From NCBI GenBank assembly GCA_046758445.1, contig JBHIAE010000001.1:1-64000 (forward strand): a stretch of 64,000 bases of DNA, in the 5' to 3' direction. The stretch is from Candidatus Thorarchaeota archaeon. Lineage in GTDB: Archaea; Asgardarchaeota; Thorarchaeia; Thorarchaeales; Thorarchaeaceae. Positions 19,998 to 29,855 of the stretch are shown piece after piece (positions within the stretch are counted from its first letter, which is position 1; every line of letters begins with the position of its first letter). The notes below the pieces were generated by a model, which was not told where the DNA came from, did not search any database, and worked only from the letters and a program-made list of their open reading frames with translations. The position numbers and the translations under genes were made by a program.

Positions 19998-20645
19998 TCA
20001 AGGACACCTGTAAGCCACATACCAATAGTAGTTTCCAAAGAAGGTGTCGATTGGCGCGGCTCCTTTGGAAGAGGCTCCAATCAACGCAGTTAGCTCATTC
20101 AGGCTGTAGTAGTTCTTGAGGACTTTGTGTTCAGTACCATCACTGAACCGTCTTCGCTTGTATGTGTTATCACCACCTTCTTGTTTCAGAAGGCATCCAC
20201 CAAGTCCGGATACGTATACATTGTCAGCAAGGAACACAGTCGAATTGCGACCCAAGACACGATGAAGACCCTCTAGGAATTCTGCTACTCTTTCTCTCGG
20301 AACATGAGAGAACCAGAAGGTTGCAACAGCCGCATCAAAGACACCTGGCCGAAAGGAGAGAGAATGCGCATCCAGCAGTGAGAATTGCACGGGACAGTTG
20401 TAGTCTTTCCATCTGGCAAGGTCAATCATCTCCCATGAGATGTCAACACCAACGACTGAGTCCGTTACTGCTGAGTAGGCTTCGATTCAGTACCCTGTAC
20501 CGCAGGCAACATCCAGTACTCGCTTCCCACGCATGATATTCATCAGCGCCTCCATAAGCACTTCCTGCTCAGTTCGGAGTCCTGGAAGGTCACGTTCATA
20601 GATGGCTTCGTATTCATCAGCCACACTGCTGTAGTACTCTTTCAT
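19998..20645 (-). pseudogene. Class I SAM-dependent methyltransferase interrupted by an in-frame TGA
   Basis: Manual translation from ATG 20645: MKEYYSSVADEYEAIY...VLDVACGTGY*IEAY...GVDISWEMIDLAR; TGA at 20489-20487 (codon 53) where this motif usually has Trp. Confidence 0.75.
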
Positions 20646-20707
20646 ATCGTCGTTGGACGACTGTTCACAACGGTTAATATGCCTTGGTTACACGTTCCTA
20701 GACTGAG

Positions 20708-20998
20708 TTGACGTTTTTGGCAACGGTCACAGTGAAGTTCTTTGCAACAGTTCGGGAGGCAGTTGGCCTAAGAAGCACCGAGATGGAGGCTGAGTCAATA
20801 AGAGGCCTCCTAGAGAAACTAAAGCAGAACTATGGCAGACGCTTTATCGAAACAGTGATTGATGAGGAAACGGGAGATCTGAAGCGCTTCTACCAGTGCA
20901 TGGTGAATGGCAAGCGAATAGAGCTACTTGAAGGATATGAAACGAAACTGAAAGATGGCGACTCCGTAGCACTGTTCCCGCCGGTAGGGGGAGGCTAG
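20708..20998 (+). CDS. MoaD/ThiS/SAMP-like ubiquitin-fold sulfur carrier
   Basis: VKFFATVRE, MVNG, C-terminal LFPPVGGG. Confidence 0.92.
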   Translation: MTFLATVTVKFFATVREAVGLRSTEMEAESIRGLLEKLKQNYGRRFIETVIDEETGDLKRFYQCMVNGKRIELLEGYETKLKDGDSVALFPPVGGG

Positions 20999-21033
20999 GC
21001 TACATTTCCCATGGTCTGAGGAGTGTTTCGACC

Positions 21034-22392
21034 GTGGTCGACCTAGTAGTGAAGAATGCTCGGCTCCTTTTGGAGTCTGGACTAGTAAGAGGGGGAGTCG
21101 GAGTCGAGAACGGACGCTTCTGTGTGATTGCCACCGACGAACATCTCCCTGAGGCGGAGAGTCAGATAGACGCCGAAGGTCGGATTCTGATGCCAGGTCT
21201 CATCGATGGACATGCCCACATTCACGACCCCACTATGTTGGACCACGAAGACTTCACAACAGGATCACGTGCTGCTGCCGCAGGAGGTGTCACAACAGTG
21301 GTAGACATGCCCCTGAGCAGTCAGGTGGACACTCCGAAGGCAGTTGAAGAGAAGATTAGAGATGGGGAGGACATGTCGGTTATTGACTTCTCCTTCTACG
21401 CTGGAATGCTGAGCTCCGACAACATCACCATGATCCCATCGATGGTTGAAAAGGGCGTTGCAGGCTTCAAGGCATTCACATGTGAGCCCTATGCTGTAAG
21501 TGATGGTGTGATAGTGCAAGCACTGAGCTCTGTTTCGGAGTACGGTGGGCATGTGACAGTACACTCAGAGAATCAAGGAGTTCTCGATGAGTCCAAGGGA
21601 GAGTTCGAGGGAGAATGGGAAGCGCCTGTTAGCCACGCTCTCTCAAGGCCGAACATTGCTGAGCAACTTGCGGTGCGACAGATGGTTGGGATTGCAGAGC
21701 AGACCGGAGGTCACCTGCATGTAGCGCATGTCACGACGAGAGAGGGCGTTGTGCAGCTGGAACGAGGAAAGCAGAGGGGGATAACAGTGACTACGGAAGT
21801 TTGCCCGCACCATCTTGTCTTCGATGGAGATGATATGAACAGGCTCGGACCGAAGAGCAAGACGAACCCTCCACTGAGATTCAAGGCGGACAGATCTGCA
21901 CTCTGGTCCGCGCTACTTCGAGGCACGATAGATTTGACCGTCAGTGATCATGCTCCATGCCCAATTGAGAAAAAGGATGCAGGTTCCTCCGACATTAGAG
22001 ATGCATGGTCAGGAGTTGACGGAGTACAGATGATCATCAGAGTACTACTGTCAGAAGGGATTAACAAGGGGCGGATCTCTTATCAGCGACTCCTGAAGGT
22101 GACTTCGCAAAACCCTGCAAAGGTATTCGGCCTATATCCAAAGAAAGGCGTGATACAGGTTGGAGCCGATGCAGACTTTGTGATTGTAGACCCTACAAAG
22201 GAGGAGAATATCACCGCGGATATGATGTTCTCCAAATGTGGTTGGACGCTCTACGAAGGAATGAAGATGAAAGGCTCACCCCTGATGACCTTCGTACGTG
22301 GTGTTCAAGTGTTCGGGGACGAGAGAATGATGATCAAACCAGGACATGGCAGATTCCAAGCAATGGGCGGCATGAAACCATTTGAGGACTGA
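21034..22392 (+). CDS. Cyclic amidohydrolase (allantoinase/dihydropyrimidinase/dihydroorotase family)
   Basis: DGHAH, AAAGGVTT, GFKAF (carbamylated Lys), VHSEN, HVAHVT, KTNPPLR, SDHAP, GADAD. Confidence 0.9.
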   Translation: MVDLVVKNARLLLESGLVRGGVGVENGRFCVIATDEHLPEAESQIDAEGRILMPGLIDGHAHIHDPTMLDHEDFTTGSRAAAAGGVTTVVDMPLSSQVDTPKAVEEKIRDGEDMSVIDFSFYAGMLSSDNITMIPSMVEKGVAGFKAFTCEPYAVSDGVIVQALSSVSEYGGHVTVHSENQGVLDESKGEFEGEWEAPVSHALSRPNIAEQLAVRQMVGIAEQTGGHLHVAHVTTREGVVQLERGKQRGITVTTEVCPHHLVFDGDDMNRLGPKSKTNPPLRFKADRSALWSALLRGTIDLTVSDHAPCPIEKKDAGSSDIRDAWSGVDGVQMIIRVLLSEGINKGRISYQRLLKVTSQNPAKVFGLYPKKGVIQVGADADFVIVDPTKEENITADMMFSKCGWTLYEGMKMKGSPLMTFVRGVQVFGDERMMIKPGHGRFQAMGGMKPFED

Positions 22393-22395
22393 AAG

Positions 22396-22887
22396 TTGAC
22401 TGAATTGAACTATGTGTTCGGAGATCCGCAGGTCTGCACTGGTTGCATGATCTGTGTGAACGTGTGCAGCATGCACTACTTCAAAGTGATAGGCCCTCAA
22501 TGGTCCCGCGCTAGAGTGCTAAGGATAGAACCAGGCTTAGACTTTCCACTGTTCTGTAGGAACTGCGAGGATGCACCGTGCATGGACGCATGCCCGGAAG
22601 AGGCACTGAGCAGAACATCGAAGGGAGTTGTGATTGTCAATAATAGAAAGTGTCAGGGGCACGGTGCTTGCATCGAGGCGTGTCCCTATTACGCAATCAG
22701 GCTGAATCCGGATACTCAGAAGGCCATCAAGTGCATTCAATGCGAAAGATGTGTTGAGCGTTGTCCAGTCAATGCAATCTGGATGACAACGGATGCTGAA
22801 CTCGACGAGAAGGATTCAGATGGAAGAATTGCAGCACTGTATCAAGAACACGAAACTGAACTCTATGAAAAGGGGGACTTTCTTTGA
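22396..22887 (+). CDS. 4x[4Fe-4S] electron-transfer subunit of AOR-2
   Basis: CTGCMICVNVC, CRNCEDAPCMDACP, CQGHGACIEACP, KCIQCERCVERCP. Confidence 0.9.
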   Translation: MTELNYVFGDPQVCTGCMICVNVCSMHYFKVIGPQWSRARVLRIEPGLDFPLFCRNCEDAPCMDACPEEALSRTSKGVVIVNNRKCQGHGACIEACPYYAIRLNPDTQKAIKCIQCERCVERCPVNAIWMTTDAELDEKDSDGRIAALYQEHETELYEKGDFL

Positions 22888-24764
22888 TTAAGGGAATCGG
22901 TGGAGAAATCATCTGGGTAGACCTGAGCAAAGGCAAGATAGAGAAACGCCCCGTTGAGGAGGAGATGGTCAGGCAATACCTCCTCGGTGCCGGATATCTC
23001 TCAAGAGTCATCTACGAAAAGGTTCCTGTGGGCACCGATCCTCTATCCCCTCAGAATTTGTTAGGCATCGCTACTGGACTGCTCACAGGATCGATGTTCC
23101 CTCAGGCATCGCGACATGTTGTGGCCGCCCTTTCTCCATTAACGGACGTCTGGGGAGAGTCGCACGCGGCTGGATTCTGGGGACCAGAGCTCAAACTAGC
23201 CGGATACGACGCAATCATGTTCATAGGCGCTTCATCCCAACCAGTCTACCTCAACATCGTGAACGACAAGGTCGAGCTTCTCGATGCATCGGAGATTTGG
23301 GGGACCTCGGTCTTTCACACTGACGACTGGATTCGTGAGAAACATGGCAAGCTATGTCGAGTGCTCTCTATCGGACAGGCAGGAGAGAATCTTGTTCGTT
23401 TCGCAGCAGTGATGAATGACCGGGACAGAGCATCGGCAAGGTCGGGTCTGGGTGCAGTCATGGGCTCAAAGAAGCTGAAGGCAATCTCTGTTCGGGGGAC
23501 TGGAAAGCTTGAGGTGGCTGACCCAAAGAACTACCTGAAGCAGATGGACATATTCTATGAACGCATGTTGGCTAACCCGTTCACCAAAGAGAGAGCCAAG
23601 TACGGTACCACGAATCTTGTCGAGCTCATGGACCACATAGGTAGACTTCCCAGCTACAACATGCGACAGGGCGTCTTTGAGGGTTACGAGAAGATTAGCG
23701 GAGAAACGATTACACGAGAGTATCTAGTGAAACCAAGATCGGACTGGAGTTGCCTCCAGAGATGTGGCAGGTACACGCGAGTTAGAGATGGGCCATACAA
23801 GTACATAGGCGGGTCTCCAGAGTTCGAGTCCCAGTCATCCTTGGGCTCCCGATGCGGGAACGATAACATAGAGTCGGTCCTCTACTCCCATCATCTCTCG
23901 AACATGTATGGCATGGACACAATATCATTAGGAGGGACCATATCTTGGGCGATGGAGGCTTGGGATGAGGGCCTCCTCACAACCGAGGACACCGGGGGAA
24001 TCGACCTTACATGGGGAAATCATGAGACTGTTGTCAAGCTAACAGAGATGATAGCCTTTCGAGAAGGATTTGGTGACATCCTTGCGGAGGGCAGTGCCAG
24101 AGCTGCCGAGAAGATAGGACGGGGCACAGACAGGTTCGTGATGACCGTCAAGAAGCAGGAGATGGCCGGACAGGAACCAAGGGCACAGAAGTCAATGGGA
24201 CTGGCCGCCGTCACTGCCGCGAGAGGGGCAGACCATCTCTACTCATTCCCTGTCTTAGACGAGGCAGGTTTCGACGATGAGATCAAGCATAGGTTTGGCG
24301 AGCAATATCTCCCCGAGATGGCCGACCGCTTGAACCCGAAGTACAAAGGCATAATGGTGAAGGAATGCGAGGACTTCATGGTGGTCGTGGAGAGCGTCGG
24401 CCTGTGTAAGTATGGAACACAGATACCGCCAGAGTTCTACTACGATGACGTGGCCATGGCTCTAAAGATTCACAACGGCCTAGAATTCACACGGGACGAG
24501 CTTCAGACGATAGGTGAGCGAATTGTGAATGTCAATCGCCTCTTCAACATTGCTCGTGGAGTGACTCGACAGGATGACCAGCTGCCAGATCGCCTCACCA
24601 AGGAGAAAGCTCCAAAGGGACCTCCCAAAGGACAGGTCGTTGAGCTCGATCAGATGCTTGATGAATACTACCAGGAGAGAGGATGGGACCTGAAGACCGG
24701 GCTGCCTCTGAAGCAAACACTTGAGAGACTTGGCCTAGGAAAGGATGCTGAGGGAATTACCTAG
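22884..24764 (+). CDS. Tungsten aldehyde:ferredoxin oxidoreductase family protein (AOR-2)
   Basis: ARSGLGAVMGSKK, DWSCLQRC, PEFES, GMDTIS, RGADHL, LCKY. Confidence 0.9.
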   Translation: MIKGIGGEIIWVDLSKGKIEKRPVEEEMVRQYLLGAGYLSRVIYEKVPVGTDPLSPQNLLGIATGLLTGSMFPQASRHVVAALSPLTDVWGESHAAGFWGPELKLAGYDAIMFIGASSQPVYLNIVNDKVELLDASEIWGTSVFHTDDWIREKHGKLCRVLSIGQAGENLVRFAAVMNDRDRASARSGLGAVMGSKKLKAISVRGTGKLEVADPKNYLKQMDIFYERMLANPFTKERAKYGTTNLVELMDHIGRLPSYNMRQGVFEGYEKISGETITREYLVKPRSDWSCLQRCGRYTRVRDGPYKYIGGSPEFESQSSLGSRCGNDNIESVLYSHHLSNMYGMDTISLGGTISWAMEAWDEGLLTTEDTGGIDLTWGNHETVVKLTEMIAFREGFGDILAEGSARAAEKIGRGTDRFVMTVKKQEMAGQEPRAQKSMGLAAVTAARGADHLYSFPVLDEAGFDDEIKHRFGEQYLPEMADRLNPKYKGIMVKECEDFMVVVESVGLCKYGTQIPPEFYYDDVAMALKIHNGLEFTRDELQTIGERIVNVNRLFNIARGVTRQDDQLPDRLTKEKAPKGPPKGQVVELDQMLDEYYQERGWDLKTGLPLKQTLERLGLGKDAEGIT

Positions 24765-25311
24765 AGAGAACAAGGATGTGATTTGTACGACTGAAGATAG
24801 GACGAACAGGTTCCAAGTCAAGATGGACATCACTGTGGAGGACCACATTCGAGCCAAGAGCGCAAAACTTGTTTCCCTAGTAAGGGAGCTGGAGGTGGAA
24901 TCTGGCAAAGACGAGGCACATGAGATTGTATCGAACTGGGCGGAGAAGAACGCCATCCAAGATGTCAAATCAGTAGTTGACTCGCTGGAGAAACCCTTAG
25001 AGTCCTTCGAAGACGTCAAGGTCCTACTCCGTCATTGGGTTGAAGCTCTCAACAAAGACAATATTGAAACTGTGGAGATCACTGAAGAGACCTCAACCAA
25101 GTCGGTCTGTATCGTCACTGAGTGTGTCTACGGAAAAGTGTACAACGACCTTGACGCTCCAGACATCGGGTATCTCTTGCATTGTAAACACGACTTTGCG
25201 GCAGCGCCTGCAATTCACCCTAACGTGCGCGTAAGAAGAACGAAGACCGTGATGGAGAACCACGATTGCTGTGACTTTGAGTACTACTGGGTTGCCGAGG
25301 CGAATGAGTAG
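24745..25311 (+). CDS. L-2-amino-thiazoline-4-carboxylate (ATC) hydrolase family / V4R-like protein
   Basis: VTECVY, GYLLHCKHDF, RTKTVME...CCDF; true start probably ~24822. Confidence 0.7.
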   Translation: MLRELPRENKDVICTTEDRTNRFQVKMDITVEDHIRAKSAKLVSLVRELEVESGKDEAHEIVSNWAEKNAIQDVKSVVDSLEKPLESFEDVKVLLRHWVEALNKDNIETVEITEETSTKSVCIVTECVYGKVYNDLDAPDIGYLLHCKHDFAAAPAIHPNVRVRRTKTVMENHDCCDFEYYWVAEANE

Positions 25312-25330
25312 AAGAGCAGAAGAAGGGCCA

Positions 25331-25570
25331 TCATGATTCAGTTGCTGCACATACATTTGTCACAGTGTCTTTGACACCGTCAACCTTTCTCAGAGTGTCC
25401 ACAACGAATGAGCTCAAGGACTCAGGAGTCTTGAAGACACCCTTGATGAGCAGATCGTAGGCCCCATAGATCAGGTGTGCCTCCTCAACCTCATCCAGCT
25501 CTCTGACTCCCTTGAGTACATCACGGGCCTTTGCCGATTCCAATTTGGCCATTATGAATGCGGTAATCAC
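25331..25570 (-). CDS. Stand-alone Lrp/AsnC ligand-binding (RAM) domain
   Basis: AFIM, EAHLIYGAYDL, LRKVDGVKDTVT; no HTH. Confidence 0.85.
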   Translation of the reverse strand: MITAFIMAKLESAKARDVLKGVRELDEVEEAHLIYGAYDLLIKGVFKTPESLSSFVVDTLRKVDGVKDTVTNVCAATES

Positions 25571-25740
25571 GGTTTTTGTCCACCCAAACTATCGGATTGC
25601 AGTATCCTCTTTCTTGACAAACATAAAACTGTTCCCTCCTATACCTACCACTCGACAAGACAGAAGGCTCCGGTATGCTCAACGACTTCCGAAGTGGTGA
25701 CACAGTTGAATTCAATCGGTTCAGACACATGAACGAAGAA

Positions 25741-26031
25741 TCATTCCACGATTTCCAGATTTGGACTCTTCTCAATGATTCTTAGCATCTTCCGAATGAA
25801 GCTTGCCTGAAGATGCTTCTCTGCATAGTTCTGGTGGATGAGCCTCAACCGTATTGTTTCACCTTGTTCGAAGGCCCCAGACCCACCCCTCAGTATGTCT
25901 ACGAGAGCGTCGAGGTTTTTTCCAAAGTACTTGAAGTCTGGACAAAGGACTCTCTGTACCTCGTCCCAGAACTTGTCCACTGATCTCATATTGTGGCCGT
26001 CAATTGTGAAATCCTTGATGGGTAATGGCAA
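25741..26031 (-). CDS. Barstar family protein
   Basis: IDG...FW...YFGKNLDALVDILRGG barstar signature. Confidence 0.8.
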   Translation of the reverse strand: MPLPIKDFTIDGHNMRSVDKFWDEVQRVLCPDFKYFGKNLDALVDILRGGSGAFEQGETIRLRLIHQNYAEKHLQASFIRKMLRIIEKSPNLEIVE

Positions 26032-26042
26032 AGCCTCCCAAG

Positions 26043-28946
26043 TTACTCCAAGAAGAGTGAAGCTCGACCAGGGAGTGCAAAGCGAGCCTTGTTCTGAGGA
26101 TCGTATTCAACTCTTGTAGAGTCATGGACCTCTACCTTTAGCCCAACTTCCGATGCTAAGTATTGAGCAGAGTCCTCTAGAGCAGTCAGCTCATCCTTGG
26201 CGCTTTTCGAATGGTCCCACAGCCCGTTCTCCTTGGCAATTCTGTCTACGATATTCTTGACCTCCTTGCCGTGCTTTCGGAAATCAGGACTGGAAATCAG
26301 GTGCTTCATGATGTTTCCGACAATAAGAGGCAAGTCTGCCTCTCTGATGCTGTTCATTGCGTCAAACATCCATTGAGGTGCCACATAGATGTGAACCTTT
26401 TCGACCTTCTTGCCTTTCAGAAGCTTCTTGATCTCTCTTACGTCGCGAACTGTAGAACTCACGACTTCAAATGCTTGTTCTGCTGAAGTGTCAATCAGCT
26501 TGTTGTCAACTTTGGGCCAGTCCGCAAATGAAACGAATCCTTCACGTTTCATCCTAGACCAATGCTCCTCACAGAGATGAGGAATCATTGGTGCCGCGAT
26601 ACGCACCCAGATGTCACAGACATAGGCCATTGTGCCTTCTCTTTCATCCTTCGGTACCTCGGGTCGTTTCAGGTAGTGGTTGACCGAACGAATGATCTCA
26701 GAGGTCACTGCTATTGCGTAGTCTCGTGGTCTGAAGTTATCCATATATTCCGTACATGCCTTCAAGATTGTGTTAACCTTGGAGAGCAGCCACCTAGTGG
26801 CAAACTTCGGCTTTTGCCTCTTGGTGTAGACTTTCGGTGTCTTCGATCCATACTTGGTCATGACATCGGAGAATTGCTTCAATCTGTTACTGACCGAAGG
26901 CACATCACTCTCACGGAAGTCCAACAGACTCCCAGGCTCTGCGGCGGATATGGCGTATGTTCGATAGACGTCAGCCCCATACTTCTTAGGTATCTCACCA
27001 AGCGGAATTACGTTGCCTTTGCTCTTTGACATCTTACCTCCTTCTAGAATAATGTGCTCATTCAGGCTGATGTTTTGTATCCAGTGCTTCTTTGGGAATA
27101 TGGCAGCATGGTGGAAAATCGCGAAACTCAAGTGGTTCGAAATATGTGACGGTGCAGTGTGCCTCTGGTCATTCGGATACCAGTATAGGAACTCCTCACG
27201 CATAGAATTCAGTAGTTCGCCTGGAACTCCGCTCTCCTCGGCAACCTTGTCGATTTTGCCCTTCCCTAGAAACACGTATTCGAAGAAGTTGAGAGTCAGC
27301 TGCTCAGCCTTAAGCTTGTTCTGAGTGATCTTGTGGGCAATCGTGTAGAAGGCCATGTAGATTGTTGAGTCCGAGAGGGCTTCGATGATCCACTCATGGT
27401 CAAAGGGCAATGGAGTTCCGATTCCTCTCTTCCGAGCACATGGCCTCTGTGCTAACCAGTCAAACGCGGATTCAAACATGATGCGGAAGTTCTCGGGGAC
27501 AATGCCCATTGAGTTCAATGCGTCCCAGGCTTTGTCCTTCCATCCAGGGCTCTCGTAGTCTAAGAACCACTGTCCGGCCAATACTGCGACTTGTACATCC
27601 GTGCCACACTTGCACACAACGGGCCGCTCATCAGGTTCATAGAACATGTCACCAAGATTCTGCGATTTTAGCCAAGAAACGACATCATCCTTCACACCAC
27701 TAACTGGGCGGCCCGAGAATTGGCCGCAGTTGTCCATCATGACTCCTTCATAGAACTCGGCCTTGTAGACCTCTTGTGTGGCCACTTCTAGTTCTGGCAC
27801 GTCCCTCTGTGAAGCTACTCCTAGCTTCTCAACGATGTCCTTGGTAAGGAACTCGCTTCCTCCCTGAATCTCAATCATCATGACTATCTCAATCGCCCTA
27901 ACTTCCTTAGCAGAGATGCCGTAGGTCTTGAGATCCGTAGGATTTTCCCAAAGGTTTCTAAGAGCGATGTAGTCGTAGGGTGCATGACCAGGGACCGAGT
28001 ATACTACTCCTGTGGCGTTCTCTACGTCCACGAATTCGGCGGGAAGGATTGGGATTTCACGGCCGTCGTGAACGGTCTTGCACTTCTTGCCAATAATCTT
28101 CGACCCAGGGAATGTCTCTACTACCTCAATCTCCTTAGCCTGCAGTTTCAGTTTCTCTGCAGCTACGGAGGAAACAATCCACTTCTCTCCATTCACTTTC
28201 GCCTGAACGTACTCAGCCGCGGGATGAATCCACACATTGGTTATACCGAATGTGGTTTCCGGCCTTAACGTTGCCGCTACTAGGTATCCATCTTCAAAAG
28301 GATATTTGATCGCGACGAACTCCTTGACCTTCGCTGATATGCCCTCCAACAAGTCATCCTCCCCTACAGGATTCCCACAATTAGGACAGTAGAGGAGCGG
28401 ATGCGAACCCTTTCTGATGTAGCCCAATTCCATGAGCTTCTGATACTGCCAAGTGATGAACTGGTTGTAAATGTCATCCCCTGTTGTGAATTTGCGTCGC
28501 CAATCAATGCTATAACCCAGTGCCTTGAAGTCCATAGAGATGACATCCGCGAAGAACCTGACTGTCGCCCATGGATCAGTGAACTTCTTGACCTGAGCCT
28601 CAACCTCCTCCTCAGTGTCTAGGTAGACTCGTAAGTCTCGCTTGTACTGTTCAATTGCAACAGGGTCTCCATTCTTGACTCGATCTACCATTCCGAGAAT
28701 CGGTGTTCCAGTTATGTGGGATGCCATCGGAAATAACACATTGTATCCATGCATTCTCTTGTATCTGGCTATCAAATCTCCAAGTGAGTAGGTTCGACCG
28801 TGTCCGATATGCAATGCACCATTTGGATACGGGTAGGGCACTGTTAGAAAGAACTTCTTGCGTATTGGATCAGGGTCTACCTCGAAGACACGTTCCTTCT
28901 CCCAGCGTTTCTGCCATTTCTTCTCGATCTCCACAAATTCACTCAT
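26043..28946 (-). CDS. leuS: Leucine--tRNA ligase (archaeal type)
   Basis: PYPNGALHIGH (HIGH), ATLRPET editing domain, KMSKSKGN. Confidence 0.97.
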   Translation of the reverse strand: MSEFVEIEKKWQKRWEKERVFEVDPDPIRKKFFLTVPYPYPNGALHIGHGRTYSLGDLIARYKRMHGYNVLFPMASHITGTPILGMVDRVKNGDPVAIEQYKRDLRVYLDTEEEVEAQVKKFTDPWATVRFFADVISMDFKALGYSIDWRRKFTTGDDIYNQFITWQYQKLMELGYIRKGSHPLLYCPNCGNPVGEDDLLEGISAKVKEFVAIKYPFEDGYLVAATLRPETTFGITNVWIHPAAEYVQAKVNGEKWIVSSVAAEKLKLQAKEIEVVETFPGSKIIGKKCKTVHDGREIPILPAEFVDVENATGVVYSVPGHAPYDYIALRNLWENPTDLKTYGISAKEVRAIEIVMMIEIQGGSEFLTKDIVEKLGVASQRDVPELEVATQEVYKAEFYEGVMMDNCGQFSGRPVSGVKDDVVSWLKSQNLGDMFYEPDERPVVCKCGTDVQVAVLAGQWFLDYESPGWKDKAWDALNSMGIVPENFRIMFESAFDWLAQRPCARKRGIGTPLPFDHEWIIEALSDSTIYMAFYTIAHKITQNKLKAEQLTLNFFEYVFLGKGKIDKVAEESGVPGELLNSMREEFLYWYPNDQRHTAPSHISNHLSFAIFHHAAIFPKKHWIQNISLNEHIILEGGKMSKSKGNVIPLGEIPKKYGADVYRTYAISAAEPGSLLDFRESDVPSVSNRLKQFSDVMTKYGSKTPKVYTKRQKPKFATRWLLSKVNTILKACTEYMDNFRPRDYAIAVTSEIIRSVNHYLKRPEVPKDEREGTMAYVCDIWVRIAAPMIPHLCEEHWSRMKREGFVSFADWPKVDNKLIDTSAEQAFEVVSSTVRDVREIKKLLKGKKVEKVHIYVAPQWMFDAMNSIREADLPLIVGNIMKHLISSPDFRKHGKEVKNIVDRIAKENGLWDHSKSAKDELTALEDSAQYLASEVGLKVEVHDSTRVEYDPQNKARFALPGRASLFLE

Positions 28947-29219
28947 CTATGATTGCCTCAATTGATTCTAGATGGTCCGAGGAGCCGAAGCCAGTGTCCT
29001 CTATAAAGGACACGCAAAAACAGCTCGTGCTAATTGACGAGAACGCAATCCATCCTGGCTCACTCAGAAAATGGAAATTGCTGACCCCTTTTTAGAGCTT
29101 TGGATAAACGGACTTGACCAATCTCAAACTGGTTGATGCTCCTCTAGCAGTTTGTTACATTTGAGTCGTGATAAGTTGCTAGAGGTACAGACAAAAGGTG
29201 CCACTGATTTCGAATTGTC

Positions 29220-29855
29220 ATGGGAGCATACTGGGCACGTGCGCGTAGCGGCGAGTACATCGACATACACGCCGATCTCCATCCTTACGAGAGAGTTCTA
29301 TCTTTCTTCGAGAGACTCGAGCAAGAGTTTGATGTTTTGAAGTACTGTAGCGGCGCAAACGCTGGTGGTAGGTGGATCTTCCAAATCTTCAGTATCGAGT
29401 TCGTCCAACAAGTGGTCGTTCACATCAATCGAGCACCAGTCAACTCCAGTGATATGCGACCTGTTCTTGAAGTTATGAGTGGTGACGGAAAACTAACGGA
29501 GTTCTTGAGACCTCACCTAGACCGAAGAATAGTTGCCACTGATGCCAGGTTGGGTGAGTATGAGATTGAGTATCCCAAGTGGGTCGAGAAGGCGGATGCC
29601 ATGGAATCTGTTCGGCGATTCGATCCATCGGTGGTGCTTATCTGCTGGGAACCGTTCTTCTCGAGTGTCGGGGCAGAGATTGTTGATACTGGGACTCCTA
29701 CAGTCTGGATAGGTGACCGGAGAAACTGCGCCGTCCATTCGGACATGTTTGAGAGAGATTTCATCAAGACCGAGAACCTTTATGCACTTGGTCGCAAGGA
29801 CTTCTTTGCACCACGGCAGTTCCAAACAGATGTGTATCTCTTCAACTGGGAGTGA
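29220..29855 (+). CDS. SAM-dependent methyltransferase-like protein
   Basis: VLEVMSGDGKL motif I-like, IVATD, LICWEP. Confidence 0.55.
   Translation: MGAYWARARSGEYIDIHADLHPYERVLSFFERLEQEFDVLKYCSGANAGGRWIFQIFSIEFVQQVVVHINRAPVNSSDMRPVLEVMSGDGKLTEFLRPHLDRRIVATDARLGEYEIEYPKWVEKADAMESVRRFDPSVVLICWEPFFSSVGAEIVDTGTPTVWIGDRRNCAVHSDMFERDFIKTENLYALGRKDFFAPRQFQTDVYLFNWE

Noticed and set aside
25706-25715. Palindrome TTGAATTCAA between the barstar and Lrp-domain genes
   Set aside because: A single 10-bp AT-rich palindrome is expected by chance, and the adjacent Lrp protein has no DNA-binding domain.
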